Origin: an uncultured Gammaproteobacteria bacterium
GTDB taxonomy: Bacteria > Pseudomonadota > Gammaproteobacteria > Francisellales > CACEW01
Length of the DNA stretch: 64,000 bases
Direction of reading: 5' to 3'
Assembly (NCBI GenBank): GCA_964539235.1
Contig: CAZIIK010000050.1
Coordinates: 160 to 64,159 of the forward strand
A model generated the notes under the pieces. It ran no database searches, was not told where the DNA came from, and saw only the letters and a program-made list of their open reading frames with translations. A program made the translations under genes and the position numbers. Of this stretch, positions 10,155 through 19,692 are shown one piece after another. How positions within the stretch are numbered: the first letter of the stretch is position 1; each line of letters begins with the position of its first letter.

Positions 10155-12485
10155 TTATGCATTCAACCGTTGGCGCAAACCGTCTTGCCACAACTGTTTT
10201 GCTTCAGCAATCGGTAATGCGTGACCATTGACGGATAAGACACCATCCGTTGTGGTATGACCCAGATTTTGCCATGGCAAACCAGTTGATTCTAACGCGC
10301 TGGAAACCGCGGCATAATCCTCAGCAGAGACTTCTAATACAAAGCCAAATGATTCACTGAACAAAGCCTCTATCTCTGTCAATTCCGTTGCTAACGTCAC
10401 CGAGCAGCCAAAGCCTTTGGCAATACTCATGAGTGAAATCGCCGTCAACACGCCCCCTAATGCCACTGACTTCGCCGCCAAAATCTGGCCTGCTTGAATC
10501 TGCTGCTGCAGCCACACCAGGCTGGCACGCACCTTGGCCAAATCAGGTTTTGGTAAAGCAGCACCCAAAGCATCATGGCATTGGTAATACACACTGCCGC
10601 CACATTCGGCCTGCGGCATGCCCAGTAAAATAATCTGCGAATCAGCACGCTGAAAGTCGGTGCCGATGGCTTGCTCAACATCCGCCAAACGCCCCAAGCA
10701 ACTGATCATCGGACTGGCCGGAATCGCTCCACTCTTGGATTCGTTATACAACGACACATTCCCTGCCACAATCGGCAAGGCCGCGTCGGGATGGTCGAAT
10801 AAGGTTAATGCCTGACATGCTGTTTTCATGCCATCTATCGCCGCGACAAAATCAGCCATTTGTTCAGGTTTTTCTGGATTACCAAAGCATAAACAATCGG
10901 TAATGGCTTCAGGTGTTGCCCCAGTCGCAACCACTTGCGCAACCGCTTGTACAACGGCATTAATGGTTGCCCAATAGGGATCAATTTTGCCGTAGCGCGG
11001 ATTAGCAGCCACGGCTAATGCGACACCAACCTGTTGAATTTCACTCGGCCATTCTGGTCCATTAAAAGGCGCTAACACACCGGCATCTGCACGACCGCGT
11101 TCTAAAACTGTACGGCCCTGCACTTGCTTGTCATAGGTTTCATAGACGCACGCCCGACTGGCAATATTTTCATGCGCCAGCACGCGACGCCAGGTCGACA
11201 ACACATCGGCTGCTGGTAAAGTCGGCGCGGCTAACTGACGTGCAACAGACTTCACTGGGCGATCATAGACAATGCCCTGTGTAATATCTTTCGCCATCGC
11301 ATCGATCAATACTTCACCTTGATAGGTCACACGATAACGACCGCCTTGCTTAATCTGGCCAACCACCGTTGCACGCGCGCCTTGAGAGACGGTGGGCAAA
11401 GCATATTCTTCATTGTAATGTGCCAAAACTTCCGCGGTGAGCTCTGGCGGGCAAACCCACATATACCGTTCTTGCGTCTCTGAGCATAACAACACCGCTG
11501 GGTTTAAATGTTCCATGCTGACGCGCACATCATCTAAACACACTTCGGCACCATAACCCGCTGCTTCAGCCAATTCGACACTGGCGCAGGCAATACCACC
11601 CGCTCCTAAATCTTTAAACCCAACACGGTGGACTTGATTACGCGCTGCCAACTTTTCAAACAATGCATAGTTGGACTTCAACATCATACGACCCAAAAAG
11701 GCATTGGGCTCTTGCACAGCCCCACGGTTTTGTTCATCTGCTTCTGCCTCCAAATCAACCGATGCAAAACTGGCGCCGCCAAAACCACTGTTATCCGTGG
11801 GTTTTCCGACCAGAATCAAATCATAACCATCGGCATTTTCCGGCGCATAAGAATGCGTAATATGATCAGCCTTCACCACACCCAGCGTCACTGCCGTCAC
11901 TAAGCAATTCTCGTTATAGCCCGCATCAAACTGCACATCACCCGCAATATTGGGCACACCCAATGCATTGCTGTAACTGGCAATCCCAGCCACAACACCT
12001 TCGTAAACCCAATGGGTTTTATGTTGCTGAATATCGCCAAAACGCAAACTATCGGCATTGGCAATCACGGTTGCACCCATGCAACACACATCGCGCACAT
12101 TACCGCCAATACCGGTTGCAGCACCTTCAAATGGCACCACCTGAGAAGGGTGATTATGCGATTCATGGCTGATGACAACACCGTACGCATCACCGGCTCG
12201 ATCACGCGCAATTTCAACCACACCTGCATCTTCTTTGGCACCTAAAATGACATTAGGCCCATCGGTCATCAATGTCTTCAGATGCACACGCGAGCTTTTA
12301 TAGGAACAATGTTCTGACCCTTGAATACCCCACAAAATACATTCTGACAACGTCGGCGCACGCCCCACCATTTCCTGAATTTTCAACGCTTCCGCTACGG
12401 TAATGGATAACTGATTTTCATCAATTAAACGCTGGATTTCGGTTTCTGCTAATGCGGCAAAATCAAATTGTATGTTGTCAGACAT
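10155..12485 (-). CDS. purL: FGAM synthase subunit PurL (small, ~780 aa type)
   Basis: 776 aa with SEHCSYKS, ESHNHPS and duplicated PurM-like domains. No glutaminase domain, consistent with a separate PurQ. Confidence 0.95.
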   Translation of the reverse strand: MSDNIQFDFAALAETEIQRLIDENQLSITVAEALKIQEMVGRAPTLSECILWGIQGSEHCSYKSSRVHLKTLMTDGPNVILGAKEDAGVVEIARDRAGDAYGVVISHESHNHPSQVVPFEGAATGIGGNVRDVCCMGATVIANADSLRFGDIQQHKTHWVYEGVVAGIASYSNALGVPNIAGDVQFDAGYNENCLVTAVTLGVVKADHITHSYAPENADGYDLILVGKPTDNSGFGGASFASVDLEAEADEQNRGAVQEPNAFLGRMMLKSNYALFEKLAARNQVHRVGFKDLGAGGIACASVELAEAAGYGAEVCLDDVRVSMEHLNPAVLLCSETQERYMWVCPPELTAEVLAHYNEEYALPTVSQGARATVVGQIKQGGRYRVTYQGEVLIDAMAKDITQGIVYDRPVKSVARQLAAPTLPAADVLSTWRRVLAHENIASRACVYETYDKQVQGRTVLERGRADAGVLAPFNGPEWPSEIQQVGVALAVAANPRYGKIDPYWATINAVVQAVAQVVATGATPEAITDCLCFGNPEKPEQMADFVAAIDGMKTACQALTLFDHPDAALPIVAGNVSLYNESKSGAIPASPMISCLGRLADVEQAIGTDFQRADSQIILLGMPQAECGGSVYYQCHDALGAALPKPDLAKVRASLVWLQQQIQAGQILAAKSVALGGVLTAISLMSIAKGFGCSVTLATELTEIEALFSESFGFVLEVSAEDYAAVSSALESTGLPWQNLGHTTTDGVLSVNGHALPIAEAKQLWQDGLRQRLNA

Positions 12486-12588
12486 CGTGGTGCGGCAATA
12501 CCCTGAAATTTGAAGAGCGCGATAGTAACATGGGTATTATAAAAACCCAATCAAGAAGACCATTGCATCACCGCAGTAGCAGTAAGGC

Positions 12589-14151
12589 TTACGCCGCCGT
12601 TTTTTGATAATCCTCAACCGTACCGGAAAAACGACTTAAGGTGCCGTCTGTAATCAGATACAGCTCATCGACCAAGCTACGCAGCAAATAGCGATCATGC
12701 GACACTAAAATTAATGCCCCATTGTACTGCTGTAAAGCGAGCATCAAAGCTTCACGCGTTTCCAAGTCTAAATGATTGGTCGGTTCATCAAGCAATAACA
12801 GATTTGGTCGTTGCTGAATAATCATCGCTAAGGCAACCCGCGATTTTTCACCGCCAGAAAACTGCGACAGGGCTGTTTGCGCGGCATCACGGTCGAAACC
12901 AAAGCTACCTAAATATCGAATCAAATCTTGATCCGGCGCATGAGGCGCTTGGCGGCGCAACAACTGCAGTGGCGTATCCTCGGCGGATAACTCATCCACT
13001 TGATGCTGAGCAAAATAACCTATCTTAACCTGACCGGCACAATCGACCTGGCCTGATAATGGTGTTAAAGCACCGCATAACCCTTTGATAAAGGTACTTT
13101 TACCCGCCCCATTTAAGCCTAACAAACCAATACGCATACCCGCAGCCAAACTGAATTTGACGCCGCACAGCACCAAATCATCGCCATACCCTAAATCGAC
13201 CCGGTCCATTTTGACCATGGGATTGGGCATATGTTCAGCTGCTTGAAATTCAAAACGAAACGGCAAAGTATCGTGAATCGGTTTGAGTAACTCCATGCGC
13301 TCAATCCGCTTCAAGCGGCTTTGTGCTTGTTTGGCCTTACTGGCTTTAAACCGAAAACGATCGACATATTTCATCATATGATTAATCTGCGCCTGCTGTT
13401 TCCTGAATTGCGCATTTTGTAAGGCGATTTGCTGCGCGCGCAGCAACTCAAAATTCGAATAATCACTGTGATATAACTTCACCTGACCCGCTTCAATATG
13501 CGCGATATCAGTGGTCACACGATCAATAAAATCACGGTCATGCGACACCATTAACACCGCGCCACTGTAGTGTTTGAGATATTTCTCCAGCCAGATAATA
13601 GCTTCCATATCCAAATGGTTAGTCGGTTCATCCAACAGCAATAAATCACTGGGTTTGAATAAACAACGCGCCAAATTCAAACGCATGCGCCAACCCCCAG
13701 AAAATGATTTCACCTGCTTGGCAATGGTTGCTTGCGAAAAGCCTAATCCATGCAAAATCTTGGCCGCATTGGCCTGCGCAGCATAACCATCCATTTCAGA
13801 CAGGCGATGATGACATTCCGCCATTTCATTAAAATCATTTAATGCCTCAGCTTGTGCTAACGCTGCGAGCACTTGTGCCAAAGGTTCATCGGCTGCTACT
13901 ACATAGTCCAAAGCTGTTTGCTTGGTACCTTGGACCTCTTGCTGCAAATGGTTAATACGTGTACCGCTTTTCAGTGAAATTTCACCGTCGCTCGGCTCCA
14001 ACTCGCCCAAAATCGCAGCAAATAAACTCGATTTACCACAGCCGTTTTTACCCACTAACGTCATGATTTGTTTGGCATATAAGGCAAATGAAACCTGGGT
14101 CAATAATGGTTCCGCACCTCGGGAAATACTGATGTTATTTAATGTAATCAC
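12589..14151 (-). CDS. ABC-F family ATPase (two ABC domains, no TM domain)
   Basis: 520 aa. Two Walker A sites (GKNGCGKSS, GLNGAGKST), two signature motifs (SGGWRMR, SGGEKSR) and an inter-domain linker. Confidence 0.9.
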   Translation of the reverse strand: MITLNNISISRGAEPLLTQVSFALYAKQIMTLVGKNGCGKSSLFAAILGELEPSDGEISLKSGTRINHLQQEVQGTKQTALDYVVAADEPLAQVLAALAQAEALNDFNEMAECHHRLSEMDGYAAQANAAKILHGLGFSQATIAKQVKSFSGGWRMRLNLARCLFKPSDLLLLDEPTNHLDMEAIIWLEKYLKHYSGAVLMVSHDRDFIDRVTTDIAHIEAGQVKLYHSDYSNFELLRAQQIALQNAQFRKQQAQINHMMKYVDRFRFKASKAKQAQSRLKRIERMELLKPIHDTLPFRFEFQAAEHMPNPMVKMDRVDLGYGDDLVLCGVKFSLAAGMRIGLLGLNGAGKSTFIKGLCGALTPLSGQVDCAGQVKIGYFAQHQVDELSAEDTPLQLLRRQAPHAPDQDLIRYLGSFGFDRDAAQTALSQFSGGEKSRVALAMIIQQRPNLLLLDEPTNHLDLETREALMLALQQYNGALILVSHDRYLLRSLVDELYLITDGTLSRFSGTVEDYQKTAA

Positions 14152-14154
14152 GGA

Positions 14155-14493
14155 CTAATCACATTCCTGTGTATAAGTCACTGTACATTCTGAAGCGTCA
14201 TTGCCTGTAGGCTGACAGGTTTGATGTTTCACTGCATGACAATGCGGCGTGTTGTGATGCTCCACCTGATGCTGCGTGTGCGCCGATGGTTTCGGTGCAC
14301 TGGGACCCGAAGGCACGGTTGGTGCCGGCGGCAAAGTTGCCGGGCCTGCTTCAGTTTGGGCCTGGTCATGCATGGCCTGTGTTTGCTCAGCGTCGTTAAT
14401 TAAGGCTTGCCAATTCACGTCGCTTTTACTGCAGGCCGTGAGCGCACCAAATAAGGTGATCAACGCTAAGATTTGAATGAAATTTCGATACAT
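14155..14493 (-). CDS. Small lipoprotein with a His/Cys-rich C-terminus
   Basis: Start ATG at 14493 (MYRNFIQILALITLFGALTAC, lipobox LTAC). The tail HTQHQVEHHNTPHCHAVKHQTC...ECTVTYTQEC suggests metal binding. The stop is 3 nt from the ABC-F start. Confidence 0.6.
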   Translation of the reverse strand: MYRNFIQILALITLFGALTACSKSDVNWQALINDAEQTQAMHDQAQTEAGPATLPPAPTVPSGPSAPKPSAHTQHQVEHHNTPHCHAVKHQTCQPTGNDASECTVTYTQECD

Positions 14494-14660
14494 ACGGACA
14501 ATTTCCCAGATCAACAAGGCGAGCAAGCATAGCACAGGGCATAGAATATATATCCCAGCGTATTAATCCCTATTGACCGAATATGAAGGGCTCGGGCAGG
14601 CTGGTCGCCTAACTTAATTGTCGTGAGATTTAAACTGTAAAACATAAAAAGGTAACCGCC

Positions 14661-15089
14661 ATGCTCATTAAAAATATCTTCGCCCTTACAATTGTCAGTT
14701 CAGCCATTGCAACCGCATCACTTGGTTTCTCAGGTGTTCAGGCTCAAACCTGCCATTTGAATCAAAATCCAGATGGATCATATACACAAGTTGGCTGCAG
14801 CAAAAGAGGTAATGATACTTTCCAAGTGTTTGCTGGAAATGTCATAACACTTCAGCCACACCTACAACACATATTTTTTCAAATCACACATGCTGACAGT
14901 ATTAAGGTGAATGGTGTTAACACCCAGTACTTTAGAGACCTAATGACTCAAGGCACAACCTTCAGAGTTAGTATTATCGGTCGCGGTGAGACCCAAATCC
15001 CCAACGGCACAAAGCTTTTCAGTGTTTCATACAAAGCAAAGGTATTGGATTTCGCCAATTCGGAGCTGGTGTGTCAACCTGTCTATTAG
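14661..15089 (+). CDS. Secreted hypothetical protein
   Basis: 142 aa with an N-terminal signal peptide (…GFSGVQA/QT). I recognise no family. Confidence 0.5.
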   Translation: MLIKNIFALTIVSSAIATASLGFSGVQAQTCHLNQNPDGSYTQVGCSKRGNDTFQVFAGNVITLQPHLQHIFFQITHADSIKVNGVNTQYFRDLMTQGTTFRVSIIGRGETQIPNGTKLFSVSYKAKVLDFANSELVCQPVY

Positions 15090-15093
15090 GCAA

Positions 15094-15843
15094 CTAAAGC
15101 CCACAGCCAAAGGGTGAGCCGCAGCCCATACTGAAAATATTGCCACCGGCTGACACAGCTGTGCAGTCGGTGCGTTCGCGCGCGGCCACCAGGTCCGCTG
15201 TGCCGTGATATAACGCTGGATCTAACAATTGTGCAGCCATTTCAGTTTCCAGCGCTGCGGCTTTATGCAAGGTTTCTGTAGACATACGGCACAAATCAGT
15301 TTGATCACTATTCACGCAAGGATCACATTCCAAACTGCGATGCGCCAAAATCGGTGAGCCGCTACGTTCAACCAAAGCCAGAATGTCCGCATCATCGTGT
15401 TTGAATAATGGGTGCCATACCGCGCGTTCGCCATAATGCGGACTGTCTTCGATGTGCTCAGGCAATTGATTCAAACTCACCGCAGCCGCACGACGATGCG
15501 CCAATAGAATAGTAGCTTCCAAATCAGGATCACACTCTACTTGATCTAGCCAAGCCAATAACGGCAAACCTTTGAGAAATCCGGCACACCACTGAAACTT
15601 ACGCGACGGAAAACTGCCACGTGTTTGCATCAAACGAACAAAATCTGCTTGTGGGCGCAACACCACCCACTTAAAACCCAAACCTGACACCCAAGCCTCG
15701 CACTGTTCGACCCGCGCCGGCCATTCCGGTGCCGCCCAACCGGTTTCGACATAGACCACGGCAACATCAGTTAACGATTGTTCAGCAGCCCATTGAATTA
15801 AGGCAACACTGTCATTACCAAAATTAGCTGGAATCACATACAT
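15094..15843 (-). CDS. PAPS-reductase/PP-loop family protein, translationally coupled to queC
   Basis: The ATG at 15843 shares one base with the queC TGA (TGATG on the minus strand). Contains NFGNDSVALIQW, FQWCAGFLKGLP and ECDPC. The track ORF's Cys/Arg-rich extension to 15936 lies inside queC and is rejected. Confidence 0.7.
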   Translation of the reverse strand: MYVIPANFGNDSVALIQWAAEQSLTDVAVVYVETGWAAPEWPARVEQCEAWVSGLGFKWVVLRPQADFVRLMQTRGSFPSRKFQWCAGFLKGLPLLAWLDQVECDPDLEATILLAHRRAAAVSLNQLPEHIEDSPHYGERAVWHPLFKHDDADILALVERSGSPILAHRSLECDPCVNSDQTDLCRMSTETLHKAAALETEMAAQLLDPALYHGTADLVAARERTDCTAVSAGGNIFSMGCGSPFGCGL

Positions 15844-16535
15844 CACGCGCAACCTGTAACACCGGCCACATAACGTGTTGGATCTGCAACACCTGCAGCA
15901 GCAAAACCTTCGCGACGCAATACACAGCTGTCGCAACGACCACAGGCTTCACCCACTGCATTTGCCTGATAACAGGAGACACTCAAACTGTAATCCACAC
16001 CCAAGGCCACACCGGCTTGAATCGTTTCTGCCTTACTTAATTGCACCAGCGGCGCGCTGATTTGAATGGCTTGGCCCGATACACCTTGTTTAGTCCCGAC
16101 GTCCGCCACCTGCTGGAAAGCTGCAATAAATTCAGGTCGACAATCAGGATAACCTGAGTAATCCACACTGCTAACACCAATAAAAATTCGCTCGGCACCA
16201 ACCACTTCGGCATAACCCAAGGCAATCGATAAAAACACGATATTGCGTGCTGGCACATAGGTTGCTGGGATCTCACCATCTCCAGCATAATCAGGCACAT
16301 CAATTGTTGTATCGGTTAATGTTGAACCACCCAATGCCCCTAACGACTTTAAATCAATCACTCGATGCGGCACCGCAAAAGTCTCCGCAACACGAAGTGC
16401 TGCAGCCAATTCAGCCACATGACGCTGCTGGTAATCAAAACTAATCGGGTAAGGCGCATAGCCTTCTGATTGTGCTAACGCCATACAGGTCAAACTGTCT
16501 AAACCACCGGACAACAGCACCACCGCTTTTTTCAT
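15843..16535 (-). CDS. queC: 7-cyano-7-deazaguanine synthase
   Basis: 230 aa with a PP-loop ([10 protein letters not shown]) and a C-terminal Zn-Cys cluster (CGRCDSC). Confidence 0.9.
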   Translation of the reverse strand: MKKAVVLLSGGLDSLTCMALAQSEGYAPYPISFDYQQRHVAELAAALRVAETFAVPHRVIDLKSLGALGGSTLTDTTIDVPDYAGDGEIPATYVPARNIVFLSIALGYAEVVGAERIFIGVSSVDYSGYPDCRPEFIAAFQQVADVGTKQGVSGQAIQISAPLVQLSKAETIQAGVALGVDYSLSVSCYQANAVGEACGRCDSCVLRREGFAAAGVADPTRYVAGVTGCA

Positions 16536-16611
16536 ATCACACTCCTTTACGCAGGTTTGAGTTTTCAGGTTATCTGAGACCTTTGCGCGAACAGATTATT
16601 GGGTGAAACTC

Positions 16612-18501
16612 TCAAAAGGTCTCAATCTGTTTATCGCGTTTTTTCAGATGAACCAACAGCAAGGAAATCGCTGCCGGAGTGACACCCGAAATGCGACTCG
16701 CTTGCCCAATAGTTTGCGGACGCACATCGGTTAATTTCTGCCGCACTTCATTCGATAAGCCGGATACGTTGGCATAATCTAAATCCGCCGGCAATACCGT
16801 TTGTTCATGACGCTTCTGACGTTCGATTTCTAAGGTCTGCCGTTCAATATAACCGGCGTACTTCGTTTGAATTTCAATCTGCGCTGCCGCTTGTGCATGC
16901 GCCAAGCCAGGGCCCAAACCCTCAATCTGCATTAAGTCAGCATACGTCACCTGCGGACGCTTCAGCAATTCTAATACGGGGTATTCTCGTGTCAGTGATT
17001 GATCCAAAGCCACTGAAAAAGCCCGTGCCGCCGCAGTGTCAGGCCGCACCCAAGTCGTGCGCAAACGCGCCAGTTCAGCCGCAATTAACTGCTGTTTTTC
17101 TTGAAACACCTGCCAACGGGTTTCATCAACCAAACCCAGTTCCTTGCCTAATGGCGTGAGCCGCGCATCGGCATTATCTTCGCGCAGCAACAAACGATAT
17201 TCCGCACGTGATGTGAACATGCGATACGGTTCTTGCGTACCGTTCGTAACTAAATCATCTACCAACACACCTAAATAAGATTCATCACGGCGCGGTGTCC
17301 ATTGCTCACGCCCAGCGGCCCGGCGCGCGGCGTTCAACCCGGCTAACAAACCTTGTGCACCGGCTTCTTCATACCCAGTGGTGCCATTGATTTGCCCAGC
17401 AAAGAACAAGCCTTGCACCGCCTTAGTTTCGAGGGTGAGTTGCAGTCCACGTGGATCAAAGTAGTCGTATTCGATGGCATAACCCGGACGTGTGATGTGG
17501 GAATTTTCAAAGCCTTTAATTGCGTGGACAAAGTCTTGCTGCACGGCAAATGGCAGGCTGGTGGAAATACCATTCGGATACAGCTCAAATGTATCCAAGC
17601 CTTCTGGTTCAACAAAAATCTGGTGTTTGTCTTTATCAGCAAACCGCATCACTTTGTCTTCAATCGATGGGCAGTAACGCGGTCCAACACCTTCAATATT
17701 ACCGGAATACATGGCGGAACGGCTGATGTTCTGCGTGATGATGTCATGCGCCTGGGCATTGGTATAGGTGATGTAACACGGCACTTGGCGTGGATGTTGG
17801 CCGGCGTCGCCTAAAAAGGAAAATACCGGCGTGGGTTCGTCACCAGGCTGTGTTTGCATCACAGAAAAGTCGACGGTATTGCCATCGATTCTCGGCGGTG
17901 TGCCAGTCTTTAAACGCCCAACTTCAAACGGCAAGGCACGTAGTCGTTTCGCCAAAGCATTTGCTGGCGGATCACCTGCACGTCCACCGCCATAGTTAAC
18001 GTCACCAATGTGGATGCGACCGCCCAGGAAAGTGCCCACTGTCAGTACGACATTGTTTGCCATAAAGCGTAAACCCATTTGGGTAATCACGCCGGTCACA
18101 CGGTCGTGTTCGATCACCAGGTCTTCTACGGCTTGTTGAAACAGCGTCAGGTTAGTTTGTTGTTCAACCAGACGACGAATGGCTTGGCGATATAGATTAC
18201 GATCGGCCTGAGCACGCGTTGCTTGTACCGCTGCGCCTTTGCTGGCGTTTAGAATACGAAATTGTATACCCGCTTGATCGATTGCCTGAGCCATAGCGCC
18301 ACCCAGTGCATCAATTTCTTTGACCAAATGGCCTTTGCCAATGCCGCCGATCGCCGGATTGCAGGACATTTGGCCGATACTGTCGATGTTGTGTGTGAGC
18401 AATAAGGTGCGCGCACCCATGCGCGCTGCTGCCAACGCCGCTTCTGTACCGGCATGGCCACCACCAATCACTATCACATCGTAAACATTTTGTTCGGACA
18501 C
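16612..18501 (-). CDS. mnmG: tRNA uridine 5-carboxymethylaminomethyl modification enzyme MnmG (GidA)
   Basis: 629 aa with an FAD-binding N-terminus ([16 protein letters not shown]) and GidA-like motifs throughout. Confidence 0.95.
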   Translation of the reverse strand: MSEQNVYDVIVIGGGHAGTEAALAAARMGARTLLLTHNIDSIGQMSCNPAIGGIGKGHLVKEIDALGGAMAQAIDQAGIQFRILNASKGAAVQATRAQADRNLYRQAIRRLVEQQTNLTLFQQAVEDLVIEHDRVTGVITQMGLRFMANNVVLTVGTFLGGRIHIGDVNYGGGRAGDPPANALAKRLRALPFEVGRLKTGTPPRIDGNTVDFSVMQTQPGDEPTPVFSFLGDAGQHPRQVPCYITYTNAQAHDIITQNISRSAMYSGNIEGVGPRYCPSIEDKVMRFADKDKHQIFVEPEGLDTFELYPNGISTSLPFAVQQDFVHAIKGFENSHITRPGYAIEYDYFDPRGLQLTLETKAVQGLFFAGQINGTTGYEEAGAQGLLAGLNAARRAAGREQWTPRRDESYLGVLVDDLVTNGTQEPYRMFTSRAEYRLLLREDNADARLTPLGKELGLVDETRWQVFQEKQQLIAAELARLRTTWVRPDTAAARAFSVALDQSLTREYPVLELLKRPQVTYADLMQIEGLGPGLAHAQAAAQIEIQTKYAGYIERQTLEIERQKRHEQTVLPADLDYANVSGLSNEVRQKLTDVRPQTIGQASRISGVTPAAISLLLVHLKKRDKQIETF

Positions 18502-18673
18502 GCGACAATACTCATCGTCAAGGGTTAAAAATGGACGCGCATGATAGCGAATTCCGTGGAAATGCGCAAAATTAGACCAGAAAATGGCGAGCGCCCGCTG
18601 TTAAATGGCTGACCTGAAACGAAAAAAGCCGGGTTGTTGAGTGATGGACTATAAACGGAAGAACTAAGTTAAC

Positions 18674-18775
18674 CGGCGTTTTATCTATATCTCCTTCGAA
18701 ACGCCGTTAATGCATCCCTGCAGGCTGACACTGCGACCTCCTGTCGCAGAGCCTTCTCAGGAGATATAGCTAAAA
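18674..18775. repeat. Nested, mutually exclusive inverted repeats (candidate structured RNA or MITE remnant)
   Basis: CGGCGTTT (18674-18681) pairs with AAACGCCG (18699-18706). CTATATCTCC (18685-18694) pairs with GGAGATATAG (18760-18769), with flanking extension. An apical hairpin runs GGCT..CTGCGAC-ctcct-GTCGCAGAGCC (18723-18753). Confidence 0.5.
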
Positions 18776-18895
18776 CACTTTGAACGGCATTGCCGCCCCA
18801 GCAGCTTTCAAAATAACCGAAATTTACATTTTTAGTATTTTTAACGGAATTTATAATAGAATTAGTCCATTAATGGATTGTTTTGGAAGTAGAAC

Positions 18896-19534
18896 ATGTA
18901 TGTCTGCAGAGTTTGGACAATCGGAAGAGATGGCAAACCAAATTTTTACATAGGCGATGACAAGGCTAAAATTGATAAGGCACAAGCTAGGGCCTATCAG
19001 GATGCAGGTAAAAACTCTTATCCACAGCACCATGACGCAATCACTCATATCGTGTGGATTGGAGGCACTATGCCGAGTGAAGGCGATACAGAAACCTTAT
19101 ATTCCGTACCCGCTTTAACACTTAATGCAAAAGATATTCGGCCTAAAGCATGTGCGCGTATTCGAGAAGACCTGGCCCAAACTATTGCAAAATTATTTGC
19201 AGAAGAGCGCATATATACTTCCCAATGCTCTGTCATCATTAACACAGTAATCGTTGCCAATGTGGCTACGGCAATTGAATGTATTCAGGGCATGCTAAAG
19301 AAAGGCCTTATAATTGAGATAACACCCTGTAATGTTTATCGGTATCTTACATATCTTTCATCTTCATCAGAATCAAGCAATCCATTTCGACTCACGTTTT
19401 TTGAGTATGCGAAAGCATTAAAAGATCAAAACGCACGACGATACTCAGATCGATATGGAATTGAATCGAAGAAAGACTCAGAGCAGCCAGTTGAAATAGA
19501 AATGTCGCTAATGGGTGATAGTCGACCTGATTAA
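18896..19534 (+). CDS. Hypothetical protein (orphan ORF, AT-rich by eye)
   Basis: 212-aa ORF with no motif I recognise. Its composition looks lower in GC than its neighbours. It contains a perfect TTATCCACA at 19018-19026. Confidence 0.4.
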   Translation: MYVCRVWTIGRDGKPNFYIGDDKAKIDKAQARAYQDAGKNSYPQHHDAITHIVWIGGTMPSEGDTETLYSVPALTLNAKDIRPKACARIREDLAQTIAKLFAEERIYTSQCSVIINTVIVANVATAIECIQGMLKKGLIIEITPCNVYRYLTYLSSSSESSNPFRLTFFEYAKALKDQNARRYSDRYGIESKKDSEQPVEIEMSLMGDSRPD

Positions 19535-19692
19535 ATCAACAACTGCCTTGCCATCCAACACTATCTTTAAAACATTTGCATATTCGGTTTGACCTGGATG
19601 GAACACGATGCCTAATATTCACTTGATATCAAAAGCATCTACTGGCATAAGTGATCAAATAATATCCTTTTAATGATCGGAGCGCCGTAACC

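Noticed and set aside
12486-12588. Possible purine or ZTP riboswitch or PurR box upstream of purL
   Set aside because: I found no match to the purine riboswitch core, the ZTP (pfl) motif or the ACGCAAACGTTTGCGT PurR box. Only a weak 4-bp stem is present.
15844-15936. N-terminal extension ([19 protein letters not shown]...) of the PAPS-reductase-like ORF
   Set aside because: The extension lies inside the queC coding sequence in another frame. The ATG at 15843 gives a family-typical N-terminus and a TGATG coupling junction.
17353-17814. 153-aa + strand ORF inside mnmG, plus several 60-100-aa ORFs in the same region
   Set aside because: They are antisense or out of frame within a well-supported mnmG, with no motifs and no RBS context.
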